Source: a virus
Lineage: Duplodnaviria; Caudoviricetes
DNA: 54,619 nucleotides
Reading direction: 5' to 3' (one strand)
Virus record (IMG/VR): IMGVR_UViG_3300042317_000583
Location: 1-54,619 of that record
Translations under genes and position numbers: made by a program
The notes under the pieces: model-generated
What the model was told of the DNA's origin: nothing
The model's input: the letters and a program-made list of their open reading frames with translations, nothing else
Databases searched by the model: none
In this document: piece after piece, positions 26,706 to 36,293 of the stretch
How positions within the stretch are numbered: the first letter of the stretch is position 1
Layout: each line of letters begins with the position of its first letter

Positions 26706-27067
26706 GTCGACTCCACGGTCACGTCGCCGGCAAGGATCGTTTGCGTCACGGTCCCCGGGGCGACCCAGCGGAAGAACCACCGGTAGGTGCCGACAGGCGA
26801 CAGAGCCGAGGTCTGTGTCTCCGTCAGCCCGACGGACAGCTTGCCTTGCGTCAGGTTCACAACCCCAACAGTAGGCGTTGCTGCCGTCTGCCCCGCGGTG
26901 GGCACGGCAACGCCGCCCGAGGCCGGCACGGTCTGCTTGACGACGTAAATGCGGCAGTCAAACGTGTAGCCTGTCAGGTTCGTGGCGAAGTCGAGAGCAA
27001 TATCGACTTGGTCACCCTGCACGAACGACAGGTTCAGTTCCGCCGGGAGTTGGACGAAATCTGCCAT
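26702..27067 (-). CDS. BppU-like fibre adaptor (paralogue 1)
   Basis: QLPAELNLSFVQGD...LTETQT..L...GTYRW. Confidence 0.65.
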   Translation of the reverse strand: MADFVQLPAELNLSFVQGDQVDIALDFATNLTGYTFDCRIYVVKQTVPASGGVAVPTAGQTAATPTVGVVNLTQGKLSVGLTETQTSALSPVGTYRWFFRWVAPGTVTQTILAGDVTVEST

Positions 27068-27091
27068 CCCCCGAGCATAGAATTGCGAGAG

Positions 27092-27535
27092 TTATCCGTC
27101 GCTCGCGGGCGGAGGGCCATCCTTCAGCCCTTGGTTCGTGAGAGGGCTGGCTTGCAGGGAGTTTGCAATGGCTGCGAAGTCATCCGGGCCGACCGGAGAC
27201 GGCAGCACGGCATTCAGCATCGCGTTCGCCCCTCGCTCAACGATGGACGATACCGCCGCGCCTGCCGCGTCGAGAATGGCCTGCCGCTTGTCGCAGCCGC
27301 AATCCCTGCCGAGTACCTTCTTGAGCCTCTGCGGAGTCACCCCGATGGCTGCAAGGCTGCGAGATACCGCCGTACCGAGCCGCAGCGGAGGGACGGAAAT
27401 GCGGCGGGAAGTCTGCTCCGTTGCAATCTTCACCGCCATCTCGGGGATCGTGCGGCAGACGCGATACGTCGGCAGACGTTTGGCGAGATACCCGCACCGC
27501 CCGCACCGCAGAGTGTTTGCGTTGAAGTCACACAT
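27092..27535 (-). CDS. Cys-rich hypothetical protein
   Basis: CGRC; LG.AV...L..IG...CGCDKRQ..LD. Confidence 0.65.
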   Translation of the reverse strand: MCDFNANTLRCGRCGYLAKRLPTYRVCRTIPEMAVKIATEQTSRRISVPPLRLGTAVSRSLAAIGVTPQRLKKVLGRDCGCDKRQAILDAAGAAVSSIVERGANAMLNAVLPSPVGPDDFAAIANSLQASPLTNQGLKDGPPPASDG

Positions 27536-30486
27536 CACGGTTTCGATTGAATTATCACCCATGACTTCGTCGTCCCGAGGGATGTAATTGTGATGACCGA
27601 CTTGCGGCACAATCGCAAATCTCCAGTCACGAAAAGTCGGTCCGCATAAACAGCCGGAACTCTATCGTCAATCGAAATGGTCAGCAGTCCGTCCTCAGTC
27701 TTGCCAACGATTATCCAGTTCTCGGTCGCCGTGACAGACCACTCGCACCCCGGCTGCTGGGTGTGACTTACCTGCCCAATAATCGGGCATCTCTCAGACG
27801 AAAACCAGCGTCCCGACAGGTCGCCTCCGATGCTGTAAGCCGGAAGTCCGGTGCTGCCGGTGAGCCATATCACATCGAATGGGCATTCAATGCCATCGTA
27901 CCCAGCTTGGGTGACGTATGCCGTCGCCCCAGTCACGCTCTGTATGACAGTGGGCGAATAATAAACCTCGGGTGCTTCAATCAAAATTTCTCTCTCATAC
28001 CTCTCCGTGTGCGCGGGTATTGTTATCGTCTCGGTTAGTTCCGGGCAGCACCGCTGGAGCGTCACGGAACCGCCCTCTCGCGGAACCTGCGGGTGCTGCG
28101 GCGAGACGGTGATCGGCACCGGATCAATTTCCTCGTAAGAGGAAATGTCAAAGTCCGTCCCTTTCACTGGATTGTAGTTCTCTATACCCCCAGTGCTTTT
28201 CTCTCTCCACAGGTGATAGTAAATCACTTGGTTGCCAAATCCAGAGCCTTGGTATGGGAAGAACTCCCACTCGCTCCACTCAGAGCACCATGTCTCGCGT
28301 CCTCTAGATATGTTTATTCGCGCGCGCGCGGCAAAGGAACTACTGCTATTAGGCCATTCAGTATTAGGAACCCATCCGCTGCTTGAATCTATGACCAGCC
28401 AGTACCATTGAAAGTTGCAGTTTCCGTACGGATTAGACCAGCCAGACGATTCGGATTCGTTCTCAAGCAGGAGGACGTACGTTCCGGCGGAGACGGTCCC
28501 CGTGAATCTCCACGCATCGCTGTATGTGCCGTACCCATTCCCGAGCTTCATCTCTTTTTTTACCTCGACCTCGACCTCATGGGGAGGGCACTTCCCATTC
28601 GGGAACTTCGGCGTGCGCCGCTGCTTGCCATTTGCGTCTGAGCAGACCCAGCTTTTTGCCCACAGCGAGTCGTCGTCGCCGCCGATTTCGTACGTCCCAC
28701 TTTGCCACCAGTTCGGGCCGGTTATTTCGTAAGACTCTCGGCATGGCCCATTCTCTATGACCCATAGCAAATCACCGCAGTAGAAATGGCGGACGGACGC
28801 ACTCGGTGAAATGGTGGATTCTGCGCCGTAGTTGCCAGCATGAGAGGCGTACAAGCTCTGGCATGATTTCCTGCTTCCGTAATAGGCGCACCCGCGCTGA
28901 CGCATCGACATCGGCTCTAGGGTGTCTTGCCCGTGGCAGAGGTTCGTGTAAGCACGCGGACCCTTCTCATCACCTATGCTGTATTGGAGCGGCAGCTTGA
29001 CGGTCGGCGTGTACGTCAGAGTCCGCGAAACCGTGTTGGGATACCCTTGAGTCCTCGCCGTCCGGTCGGTCCAGACAAACTCCCGGGCGCAGACGCTAAA
29101 CTCGCAGAACGGCGTCGGCTCTGATACCTGCATCGTGAACGCGGTACTCACCGGCGTCGCATAGCCGGTCTGTATTGGATCAACGCCATACGGGCCGTTA
29201 TCGTACGGAACCGTGATCTCGCCAGCGAGGAAAGACTCAACAACAGAGGAGTCATAAATCCACTGGCTGCGAGGCGATTCGTCCCAAATCTCAAAACCCT
29301 TGATCCGCAGGTCGGCGGGCTTCATGATCCAGCTTTTCTCTAGGACTGAAACAGTCCCAAAGACGGGAGTCATGTACTCACTCTTCTCAGGCGTATGCCG
29401 ACGCCAGAACGACGTAGCTCGCAAGACCCGCCCCTGCGATACGAATTCAACGGTCGGGAAAGGGATTGAATTTGACGACCCGCCGAATCCATTGTCGCTG
29501 TAAAGGACTGCCGTCTTGGTCGTGGCAGTGTTCCCCGCAAACTCCGGCGGCGTAGCAGTAAACAGCGTGTCAGAGAACGGTCGCTGCTGGATCGGAGCCA
29601 TTGGCGGCAGCCCGCCTTCCGGCAGTGCCGTGGCTGGATTGCGGCCATAGACAGTCACCTGCCACGTCGTGTACCTGCGGGTCGCCCCTCGTGAATGCTC
29701 AATGACATAGCTGAGAACCACGCCGCTGGCAGACGCGGGCATGTACCCGAATATGGAGTCCGATGCCGCGAATGATGCCGTGGCGATTCGATCTCGCCCA
29801 GCAACGCGAAACGAAACGGTCAGCAGAGCCTTCAGCGAGTCCTCTGTGACGACGGAGCCGTCGAGCCACTGAGAGCCGGAAACGACTCGGCAACTATACA
29901 CCGACACCGAGGCAGCAGCGTTCTCGCTGAATGTCTTCCAGCCAACTTCGTACTCCCTATTGAGCGTCTCGCCTCGCAGCATCGTCGAGTTGCTGAGTGA
30001 GGGCGGAGGTTCCATCGGCAGCGTCACTCCTCTCAGGGTGACATTCCATACGACGGCATCTTCCTCAGTCTGGTCGAACAGCAGATGCTTGAGCCGAAAC
30101 GTCGCGGTCTGCGTCTCGCCGTCGCTCATTGAGGACGCCGCCCTCCCGGCCCCGTCGTTGCCTACAAGTGCCACCGAGAACGGCACCTCTTGCTTCGACG
30201 GGACTCGCACCGCACCGACCTGATAGGGGCTAGTCACGGCTCGCGAGTACCCATGCAGCGGCATGGAAACGGCCTCGCCGTTGGCGTACGTCGTGGGCGG
30301 CGCAGAGGTGTCAGTGCTCACAAAACGAATGCAGCGATTGAACTCAATGTAGTCGTCTAAATCGCACTTCGCCTTGCAGCATGTATTGCATGACGACCCG
30401 AGCATAAACCCGAGTGGGTACATGCCGGCCGCAAAAAAGAACACTGACCAGATGACGAGAGAGAGAGGCTCCACGGCGTCGATCAT
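27535..30486 (-). CDS. Large minor tail or tip protein (983 aa), Cys-rich
   Basis: Position downstream of the tape measure; hydrophobic N-terminus then CNTCCKAKC. Confidence 0.55.
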   Translation of the reverse strand: MIDAVEPLSLVIWSVFFFAAGMYPLGFMLGSSCNTCCKAKCDLDDYIEFNRCIRFVSTDTSAPPTTYANGEAVSMPLHGYSRAVTSPYQVGAVRVPSKQEVPFSVALVGNDGAGRAASSMSDGETQTATFRLKHLLFDQTEEDAVVWNVTLRGVTLPMEPPPSLSNSTMLRGETLNREYEVGWKTFSENAAASVSVYSCRVVSGSQWLDGSVVTEDSLKALLTVSFRVAGRDRIATASFAASDSIFGYMPASASGVVLSYVIEHSRGATRRYTTWQVTVYGRNPATALPEGGLPPMAPIQQRPFSDTLFTATPPEFAGNTATTKTAVLYSDNGFGGSSNSIPFPTVEFVSQGRVLRATSFWRRHTPEKSEYMTPVFGTVSVLEKSWIMKPADLRIKGFEIWDESPRSQWIYDSSVVESFLAGEITVPYDNGPYGVDPIQTGYATPVSTAFTMQVSEPTPFCEFSVCAREFVWTDRTARTQGYPNTVSRTLTYTPTVKLPLQYSIGDEKGPRAYTNLCHGQDTLEPMSMRQRGCAYYGSRKSCQSLYASHAGNYGAESTISPSASVRHFYCGDLLWVIENGPCRESYEITGPNWWQSGTYEIGGDDDSLWAKSWVCSDANGKQRRTPKFPNGKCPPHEVEVEVKKEMKLGNGYGTYSDAWRFTGTVSAGTYVLLLENESESSGWSNPYGNCNFQWYWLVIDSSSGWVPNTEWPNSSSSFAARARINISRGRETWCSEWSEWEFFPYQGSGFGNQVIYYHLWREKSTGGIENYNPVKGTDFDISSYEEIDPVPITVSPQHPQVPREGGSVTLQRCCPELTETITIPAHTERYEREILIEAPEVYYSPTVIQSVTGATAYVTQAGYDGIECPFDVIWLTGSTGLPAYSIGGDLSGRWFSSERCPIIGQVSHTQQPGCEWSVTATENWIIVGKTEDGLLTISIDDRVPAVYADRLFVTGDLRLCRKSVITITSLGTTKSWVIIQSKP

Positions 30487-30837
30487 CTAGCACTCCGCTG
30501 CGATGACGTAGAAGGAGCCGTTGCATCTGGCGAGCATCACCCACTTGCCGGATGCAATCTTCGCAAATTTATTGCATGCGACGACGGTGTCGCCGGACGA
30601 CGCAGTCTCGCTGCCGGGTGTGCCGACGTACAGCGTCAGCGTTTGGTTCTGGCCGACCGCCCACTCAGCAGTAGTCTTGCTCAGGTAATGCGACGAGGCG
30701 TACGGAGCGTTTCGCCCGCCCATCCCGGGTTGCTTGCGGTCGCCGCCGCGCACGACGCGAACCGTCTCCGCGATTTCCTTTGCGGCACTGCGGGTAAACT
30801 GCACCCCGGCGTTTGTGTTGGCTTTGTCGCGTGGCAT
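30487..30837 (-). CDS. Minor tail-region protein
   Basis: Position and operon continuity. Confidence 0.55.
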   Translation of the reverse strand: MPRDKANTNAGVQFTRSAAKEIAETVRVVRGGDRKQPGMGGRNAPYASSHYLSKTTAEWAVGQNQTLTLYVGTPGSETASSGDTVVACNKFAKIASGKWVMLARCNGSFYVIAAEC

Positions 30838-30839
30838 GA

Positions 30840-31706
30840 TCAGCTTGGCAGTGCCGTAAATACATTGGTAAATGGCAACTGATCGTAGACCTTGAACGTG
30901 AGCATGTCAGGCGGCGAGCCAGCGGACTTCGCAACGCCGCCGCTCAACGCCACGGGGTCGCTGACTGGTTCCTTGAGTTGATCCAGAATTTTCTTCCGAC
31001 GGCCGCCGGAGATTTCGTTGAACCCAATGTCCCACAGCTTCAGCGCGAATCCCTCGGGCCGGTAGGCGATGTCAACTGTCACTGTCCAGTAAGTAACCTC
31101 ACTGCCATTGACCTGCTCAACCTCGCGTTGCCCGCTGATGCTCTGAACCTTCAACGTGCCGGGAGGAAAGCCGCTCCATGTATCGGAGTTCACGGTGTTC
31201 ATGTAATCCATTGCGGTCGCGTACGGGAACGCCTGCCGGTTCCCGGTAATCTGAATCTGCCACTGCGAAAACTCCTTCTCGGCACCCTCCAGCGGGTCGC
31301 CGGCGGAGTTGACGATCAGCTTGGGCGACTCAAATCCGTCGTTGTAGTGAACGATTGCAGGACCGGTGGTTGTGCTGCCGCTGAACTGAAACTTGTCGAG
31401 CCGATCCCACGGCATCGGCTCGCGGTCTTCTGGCTTGATGAGGTCGTACGTCGCCTCAACCTTGTAGTGCAGCGGGTCGCCGTCGTTGCTGCACGCGATG
31501 TCAGTGACGTATACAGCGGGGAACTCGGGGTGCGACGTCAGCCACCTCACGCCGTACGACGAGTAGACGGAGCCGGATATCTCGCTCACTGAGGTGCTCG
31601 GCTCGTCAACCGTCACCATGAACGTCCGCTTGCACTTCACGTTCTCGCCGAACCTCTGCGTGGCCCCCCGGCCGTCAATGATCTCGCGGACGGCAGTAAC
31701 GGTCAT
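30840..31706 (-). CDS. Putative distal tail or hub protein
   Basis: Immediately follows the tape measure (ATGA overlap). Confidence 0.55.
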   Translation of the reverse strand: MTVTAVREIIDGRGATQRFGENVKCKRTFMVTVDEPSTSVSEISGSVYSSYGVRWLTSHPEFPAVYVTDIACSNDGDPLHYKVEATYDLIKPEDREPMPWDRLDKFQFSGSTTTGPAIVHYNDGFESPKLIVNSAGDPLEGAEKEFSQWQIQITGNRQAFPYATAMDYMNTVNSDTWSGFPPGTLKVQSISGQREVEQVNGSEVTYWTVTVDIAYRPEGFALKLWDIGFNEISGGRRKKILDQLKEPVSDPVALSGGVAKSAGSPPDMLTFKVYDQLPFTNVFTALPS

Positions 31707-34438
31707 ATCTGCACAACCTCCTGATCGCGGAGAGCCGCCTCAACGTTGGCGAGCAACTTCGACTGCTTCTCAAGCTCCTTGAGTTGCTTCTTGGTTGGGT
31801 CGTCTTGCCCGCGAAGCAGCCTGAAGAACGTGCTGGCCCCCTCGCTGGAGTTCACGTCCACGGCACCAACGGCACGCCGATCTACGCCCTTGCCCCTCTC
31901 CTGCTTGTCTTTCGCGTCTGCGATGGAGTCTTCAAGCTCTCCGCGAATCTCCTTTTGGCGACCCGCGAGCTCCTGCTTAGAAATGACTCCCTCCTCAAAT
32001 GCCTTGCGAAGCTCCGCGTCCTGCTTCCTGAACTCCGACGCGGGGTCTTTTGCGCCGCCGGGGAGCCCTTCCTTCGCCTTCTCTCTGGCCTTGGACTGCG
32101 CGGCATTCTTCTCGCTGCGAGACAGCGTGGCGTTCTTCTCAATGGCGTCCAGTTCCTCTTTCAGCTTCTCCCCGGTGGACTTCAACCCTTCCCTGATCTT
32201 CTCGGCGAACTTCTGATCCTCGCCGAGCTTCTTGAGCTCGTCATTCATGCCCTCGACGGCATCCGCCATTTGCTTCTTGGCGTCCTCCGGCGAGATCAGG
32301 CCCCGAGAGAGCTTGTCCTTAATTTCATCGGCGGTGGCCTTAAACTTCTCCTTGATTGGGTTTGCCGCAGCACCAAGGTCGGCACCCGCCTTCGCCGACC
32401 TTTCCATCTGATTGGCAATGTCTTCAACGGCCGCCTTCTGGTCGGCCTGCGCCTTCGCCAGTGCCTTGCCGGCCGGAGTCTGCGCCGCGTACTCATCGGT
32501 AATCTTCTTCTCGGCGGCCGCTCGCTCCTCGGCGGTCAGCAGCCCCTTTTTCTCAAGCTCGTAGAGCTCGTCCACGGAACGACGCATCTTTTCGTACGGT
32601 GAAACCAATCCCTCTCGGATGGCCGCGGCCCGCTTTGCTTCTTCGTTAGCTAGTGCCTTTGTTGATTCGGCTGCCTTCTCGTCAACCACCGGCTTCGCGT
32701 TCTCCGTGTTTGGCCGCACGCTGCCGCCGCCGCCTTCGCTCGACGCGAACACCTTGCCGAACATGGGGATTTTCGACATCCAGTTCATCAGGCCCGTAAT
32801 CTTCTGCTGCGCGTAATCAATCCAGCCGCTCAGATACTCAAATGCGGCCCCGACGCCGGAGCGAATCGTGTCGGCGAAGTTGTTAAATCCTACGATGACC
32901 GGGGCCAGAATGATTTGTGCAACGGCCCCGGCGAGCCGCAGCGTGACGGCGATAAAATCCCCAATCAGGGCGACGGTCTTGAGAACTCCCTCTGCGAGAG
33001 CCCCGATCAAGGTGCCGAACGGTCGCAGGACTTGTGCTATGGGTGCGGCAATGGCGTTGAGCCCGCCGACGATGTTGGCGAACGAGCCAACCACGGCCGC
33101 CGACCCGTCCGAGATGCCAGCGAACAGTCCGGTGAACGTTGACGCCAGCGTCACGCCGATGGCACCAACAGCCTGCCCCGCCCTAGCGTTCTCTGCTCCA
33201 AACTTCTCCGATGACACCGCTAGGTTGTCAAAGGCCTCGGCGTCCAGCGACGACAGCGCGAGCCCGAGCCGGGAGATGTCCTCCCTCGCCGTTCCGGCGT
33301 CCAGTTGCTTCTGAATCTGCACGTCTTGAAACGACACCCCGAGCTTCTGTGCCTCCGCTCCAATTTCGGCGACGGCAGCGGCAGTCTCGTAGCATGTGTC
33401 CCGAGCCGCCAGAGTGGCCTTGACGACCGTATACGCCGTCGCTGCCAGTTGGCCGAACCCGGGGATGGAGAACGCCAACAGCCGCCCAAACACGGCACTA
33501 GTCGCCGCTCCTGCGGCCCCCATGCCAGAGAGCGTTGCCGTTGTGGCGGCCGCCGAAAATCCTAGCCTGCCCATCACGGTAGTCAGGCCGCGGGTGATCC
33601 CGAGCGTAGTGTTAAGGTTGGACGCAAAGCTCGACACGCTTGCCCCGGTCACGCCGGCCGCGGCTGCAATCTTGAACGCCCCGAACGCGAGCGTGGCCTT
33701 TGTGGCGAAGTCAGCCAGCCCACCCATTTCGATGCCGAGCGCGCCGAACGCTGCCTCGGCAACCTTGATGACCGTAATCGTTCTTCCGATTCCCAGCACC
33801 ATGCCGAGGATGCCCGTCGGCGTAGCGAACGACCCGGTTATTGCCCTGAACGCCCTGAACGCTGCTGTAGCTGCGGCCGTCCTTGCAGCGAAGTCAATTA
33901 CCGAGGAGCCCGCGGTCGCCACTGAGTCCACGGCGTCGCCGACGCCCTTGATGGCCGCAGAGAGTCCGTTGATTGTCCTTTCTGCAACTGCCGCAACCCG
34001 GGTCCAGCCCTGCAGTGCTTTCCCACTCTCATTAGCTGACTCGGCCGCGTCGTCCAATTCCGACTTGGCACGCGCAACGGCCCGGTTGTATACGTCCTGC
34101 GTGAGCAGCCCCCGCTTCAGGTACGAGTCGAGCTTGGCGACAGTTTCCGCGTACTTCTCCGACGGCGTGCGGACCTCTCTGGCAATTCTCGCTGCCTCTC
34201 GCATGGCAGACGAGGACTTGTCAACGCTCTGTGTCACTGCTTTTTGGGCCGACGCGCTCTGAGACATGGAGGCCCGGAGCGCAGCCTGCTGCCCGTCGTA
34301 CTCCTTGGCCTGCTGCATGGTGGCCTGCTGCGCAGACCGCAGGGAGTCTAGCGATGCCACCGACTCGCCAATGGCCCCGACAAGCCCCGCCGCGGAGGCG
34401 GTAAATGTCGCTTTGACGCTGCCGATCTCGCCAGCCAT
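31703..34438 (-). CDS. Tape measure protein
   Basis: 911 aa, Ala-rich and helical, with hydrophobic central repeats; follows the chaperones. Confidence 0.88.
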   Translation of the reverse strand: MAGEIGSVKATFTASAAGLVGAIGESVASLDSLRSAQQATMQQAKEYDGQQAALRASMSQSASAQKAVTQSVDKSSSAMREAARIAREVRTPSEKYAETVAKLDSYLKRGLLTQDVYNRAVARAKSELDDAAESANESGKALQGWTRVAAVAERTINGLSAAIKGVGDAVDSVATAGSSVIDFAARTAAATAAFRAFRAITGSFATPTGILGMVLGIGRTITVIKVAEAAFGALGIEMGGLADFATKATLAFGAFKIAAAAGVTGASVSSFASNLNTTLGITRGLTTVMGRLGFSAAATTATLSGMGAAGAATSAVFGRLLAFSIPGFGQLAATAYTVVKATLAARDTCYETAAAVAEIGAEAQKLGVSFQDVQIQKQLDAGTAREDISRLGLALSSLDAEAFDNLAVSSEKFGAENARAGQAVGAIGVTLASTFTGLFAGISDGSAAVVGSFANIVGGLNAIAAPIAQVLRPFGTLIGALAEGVLKTVALIGDFIAVTLRLAGAVAQIILAPVIVGFNNFADTIRSGVGAAFEYLSGWIDYAQQKITGLMNWMSKIPMFGKVFASSEGGGGSVRPNTENAKPVVDEKAAESTKALANEEAKRAAAIREGLVSPYEKMRRSVDELYELEKKGLLTAEERAAAEKKITDEYAAQTPAGKALAKAQADQKAAVEDIANQMERSAKAGADLGAAANPIKEKFKATADEIKDKLSRGLISPEDAKKQMADAVEGMNDELKKLGEDQKFAEKIREGLKSTGEKLKEELDAIEKNATLSRSEKNAAQSKAREKAKEGLPGGAKDPASEFRKQDAELRKAFEEGVISKQELAGRQKEIRGELEDSIADAKDKQERGKGVDRRAVGAVDVNSSEGASTFFRLLRGQDDPTKKQLKELEKQSKLLANVEAALRDQEVVQI

Positions 34439-34439
34439 T

Positions 34440-34771
34440 TCACTTGCCTTCTTGTTCCGGCGTAAAGATGCCGCCCAGCTTCATCAACTCCATCTGAATC
34501 TGCTCCTCGGTCATCTGTCTCTCGTACACGACCGGAAGGAACGTGTTTTCATCCACGTCCTTCGCGCCCGCGCTCCATGCCACAGTAGCGGCAATCCGAG
34601 CCGACTGAGCCCATTCCTGTCCCCACGGTTCGTGTATGTAGTACGCCGCCCAGTCCACCAGTTCCCTGCTGTCAACGGTCGCCAGAAGCTCTTTCACACT
34701 GCGGCCCAGTGCCAGAGCCAGCCGGTGATAAAAGACCTTCGACAGCATGCCCTCGCGAGGAGGGCGATCTA
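34440..34771 (-). CDS. Tail assembly chaperone, T part (expressed via a -1 frameshift)
   Basis: LALALGRSVKELL..VDS.EL..W.AY...EPWG; open in the -1 frame from the slippery site. Confidence 0.8.
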
Positions 34772-34778
34772 GTTTTTT
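34749..34778 (-). promoter_or_regulatory. Programmed -1 frameshift signal
   Basis: A AAA AAC heptamer (34772-34778) just before the stop, followed by a GCCCTC/GAGGGC hairpin. Confidence 0.8.
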
Positions 34779-35113
34779 GCTGCCTCCTCCACGCTGTCTT
34801 TCTCAAAGCCATTGAGCTTCATGCAGTCGTGAAACAACCTGTCGAGCACCAGTGCGTTTTTCTCCCCGAGGGCGGCAAGGTCGTCGTTGCTAAACAGCGT
34901 CTCCCCCTTCTCGTCGCACAGGCACCGACGCAGCATCTTGGTCTTATACTGCGGCAGGAGCTTCTCCTCGGTGCTTGTCCATTCGCGCTCAAAAGACTCT
35001 CGCTCCGTTCCACTCATCACGCGGAGGAAAACGCTCCCGCCCCACTCCGGCACATCGGTCTCGGCCGACTTGCGGTCGTTTGCGGAAAGAATCTGATCCC
35101 TAGTCAACGGCAT
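34769..35113 (-). CDS. Tail assembly chaperone G
   Basis: LTRDQIL...VPEWGG.V..R.MSG.ER; ends EAAKN. Confidence 0.85.
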   Translation of the reverse strand: MPLTRDQILSANDRKSAETDVPEWGGSVFLRVMSGTERESFEREWTSTEEKLLPQYKTKMLRRCLCDEKGETLFSNDDLAALGEKNALVLDRLFHDCMKLNGFEKDSVEEAAKN

Positions 35114-35127
35114 AACAACTCCATTTG

Positions 35128-35496
35128 TTATTCGGCACTGCGCCTAAAGGAATAGTTCAACCGCAGAACGTCGCCCACCTTTGCGGTGACCTTTACGTTC
35201 TCGCAGATGGCAATTCCAAAGTTCAAGTACCAGCCAGAGCCCGACACCGACAACGCGCCGGTGCTACCTACGATGCTCAAGCTAAACGATGTTGCCATCG
35301 CTTCTACTTCGATTATCTGCTCGCAGAGCGTCTGCTCAAACACGCAGAGGTACTGCCCCGTGTCTCTGTCAACGCCGATGGTAAGGGGTCGGATTTCCTT
35401 GAGCGGCGACACGAACGAACCGCTGACCCCGACAACCTTCCCCAGCACGCTTCCGCGGAACGTAACGCCTGTTCCCTGTGACGTGATAACGGGCAT
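35128..35496 (-). CDS. Tail-tube-like protein (paralogue 3)
   Basis: SQGTGVTF...AICENVKVTAKVGDV. Confidence 0.55.
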   Translation of the reverse strand: MPVITSQGTGVTFRGSVLGKVVGVSGSFVSPLKEIRPLTIGVDRDTGQYLCVFEQTLCEQIIEVEAMATSFSLSIVGSTGALSVSGSGWYLNFGIAICENVKVTAKVGDVLRLNYSFRRSAE

Positions 35497-35508
35497 CCCA
35501 AACCCCGT

Positions 35509-35868
35509 TTAGTCAAGCGTTCCGCCGAGCGTAAACGACAGGCTCAATTTCACGACCTCGCCGACCGCGTACTTCACCGACACAGCCGTGCACACGGCGG
35601 AGCCGGAGAGTGTCCCGACGCTCGTAGTAAGCGTCCCCGAGTCGCCGATTTGCGGGTACGCCTCCGCGGTTGAATACAGGGCTTCCACCTTAACCTCGTC
35701 GCCTTCGATCAGCTGCGCCGCCTCGTACGACCGAGGGTCGCCGTCGACGAGCGACAGGTCGCTGGTGTCAATGGTCCCGGACGACCGGCTCACGTCGATG
35801 CCAGTGATGTGGCCGATGGTGCCGTTGAACGACAGCGTTGCGCCTTGACTGGTTCCGGTGGTGGGCAT
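35509..35868 (-). CDS. Tail-tube-like protein (paralogue 2)
   Basis: SQGATLSF...IDTSDL...AVCTAVSVKYAVGEV. Confidence 0.65.
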   Translation of the reverse strand: MPTTGTSQGATLSFNGTIGHITGIDVSRSSGTIDTSDLSLVDGDPRSYEAAQLIEGDEVKVEALYSTAEAYPQIGDSGTLTTSVGTLSGSAVCTAVSVKYAVGEVVKLSLSFTLGGTLD

Positions 35869-35878
35869 TTGATTATCC

Positions 35879-36280
35879 TCAGTTCTTGGAGAGCTTGAAC
35901 GTAGCGGAGCCCTTGATCAGGTCGCCGACAGCCGCCTTTACTGACGCCTGCGTGCAGATGGCCTTAGTGCATGAGCTTGCTTTGGTTGAGGCGAAGCTCC
36001 CCGTAAGGGTAAACGTGGCCTTCGTGCCGACCGGCGGAAGCGCGGAGCCAATAAAGTCGATCTTCACTTCGGGGCTATCCGAAAGCGGCGACTTACTGAA
36101 AATCTTTTTTGACCCTTCGGCCAGACCGAGGTGCGACACGTCCGTCTGCGGGGCGGAGGCAGACACGTCAATGGCCGTAATCTTTCCCGTTAGGCCGGAA
36201 AACGTGAACGCAGCCGCAGTACCGGTGCCGCTTACGTGCGACGAGAGAATCGTGCTAACTGCGGGGGTCGGGTCTGGCAT
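35879..36280 (-). CDS. Tail-tube-like protein (paralogue 1)
   Basis: ITAIDVS...TDVSHL...AICTQASVKAAVGDL. Confidence 0.65.
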   Translation of the reverse strand: MPDPTPAVSTILSSHVSGTGTAAAFTFSGLTGKITAIDVSASAPQTDVSHLGLAEGSKKIFSKSPLSDSPEVKIDFIGSALPPVGTKATFTLTGSFASTKASSCTKAICTQASVKAAVGDLIKGSATFKLSKN

Positions 36281-36293
36281 GACGTGTCCCTTG

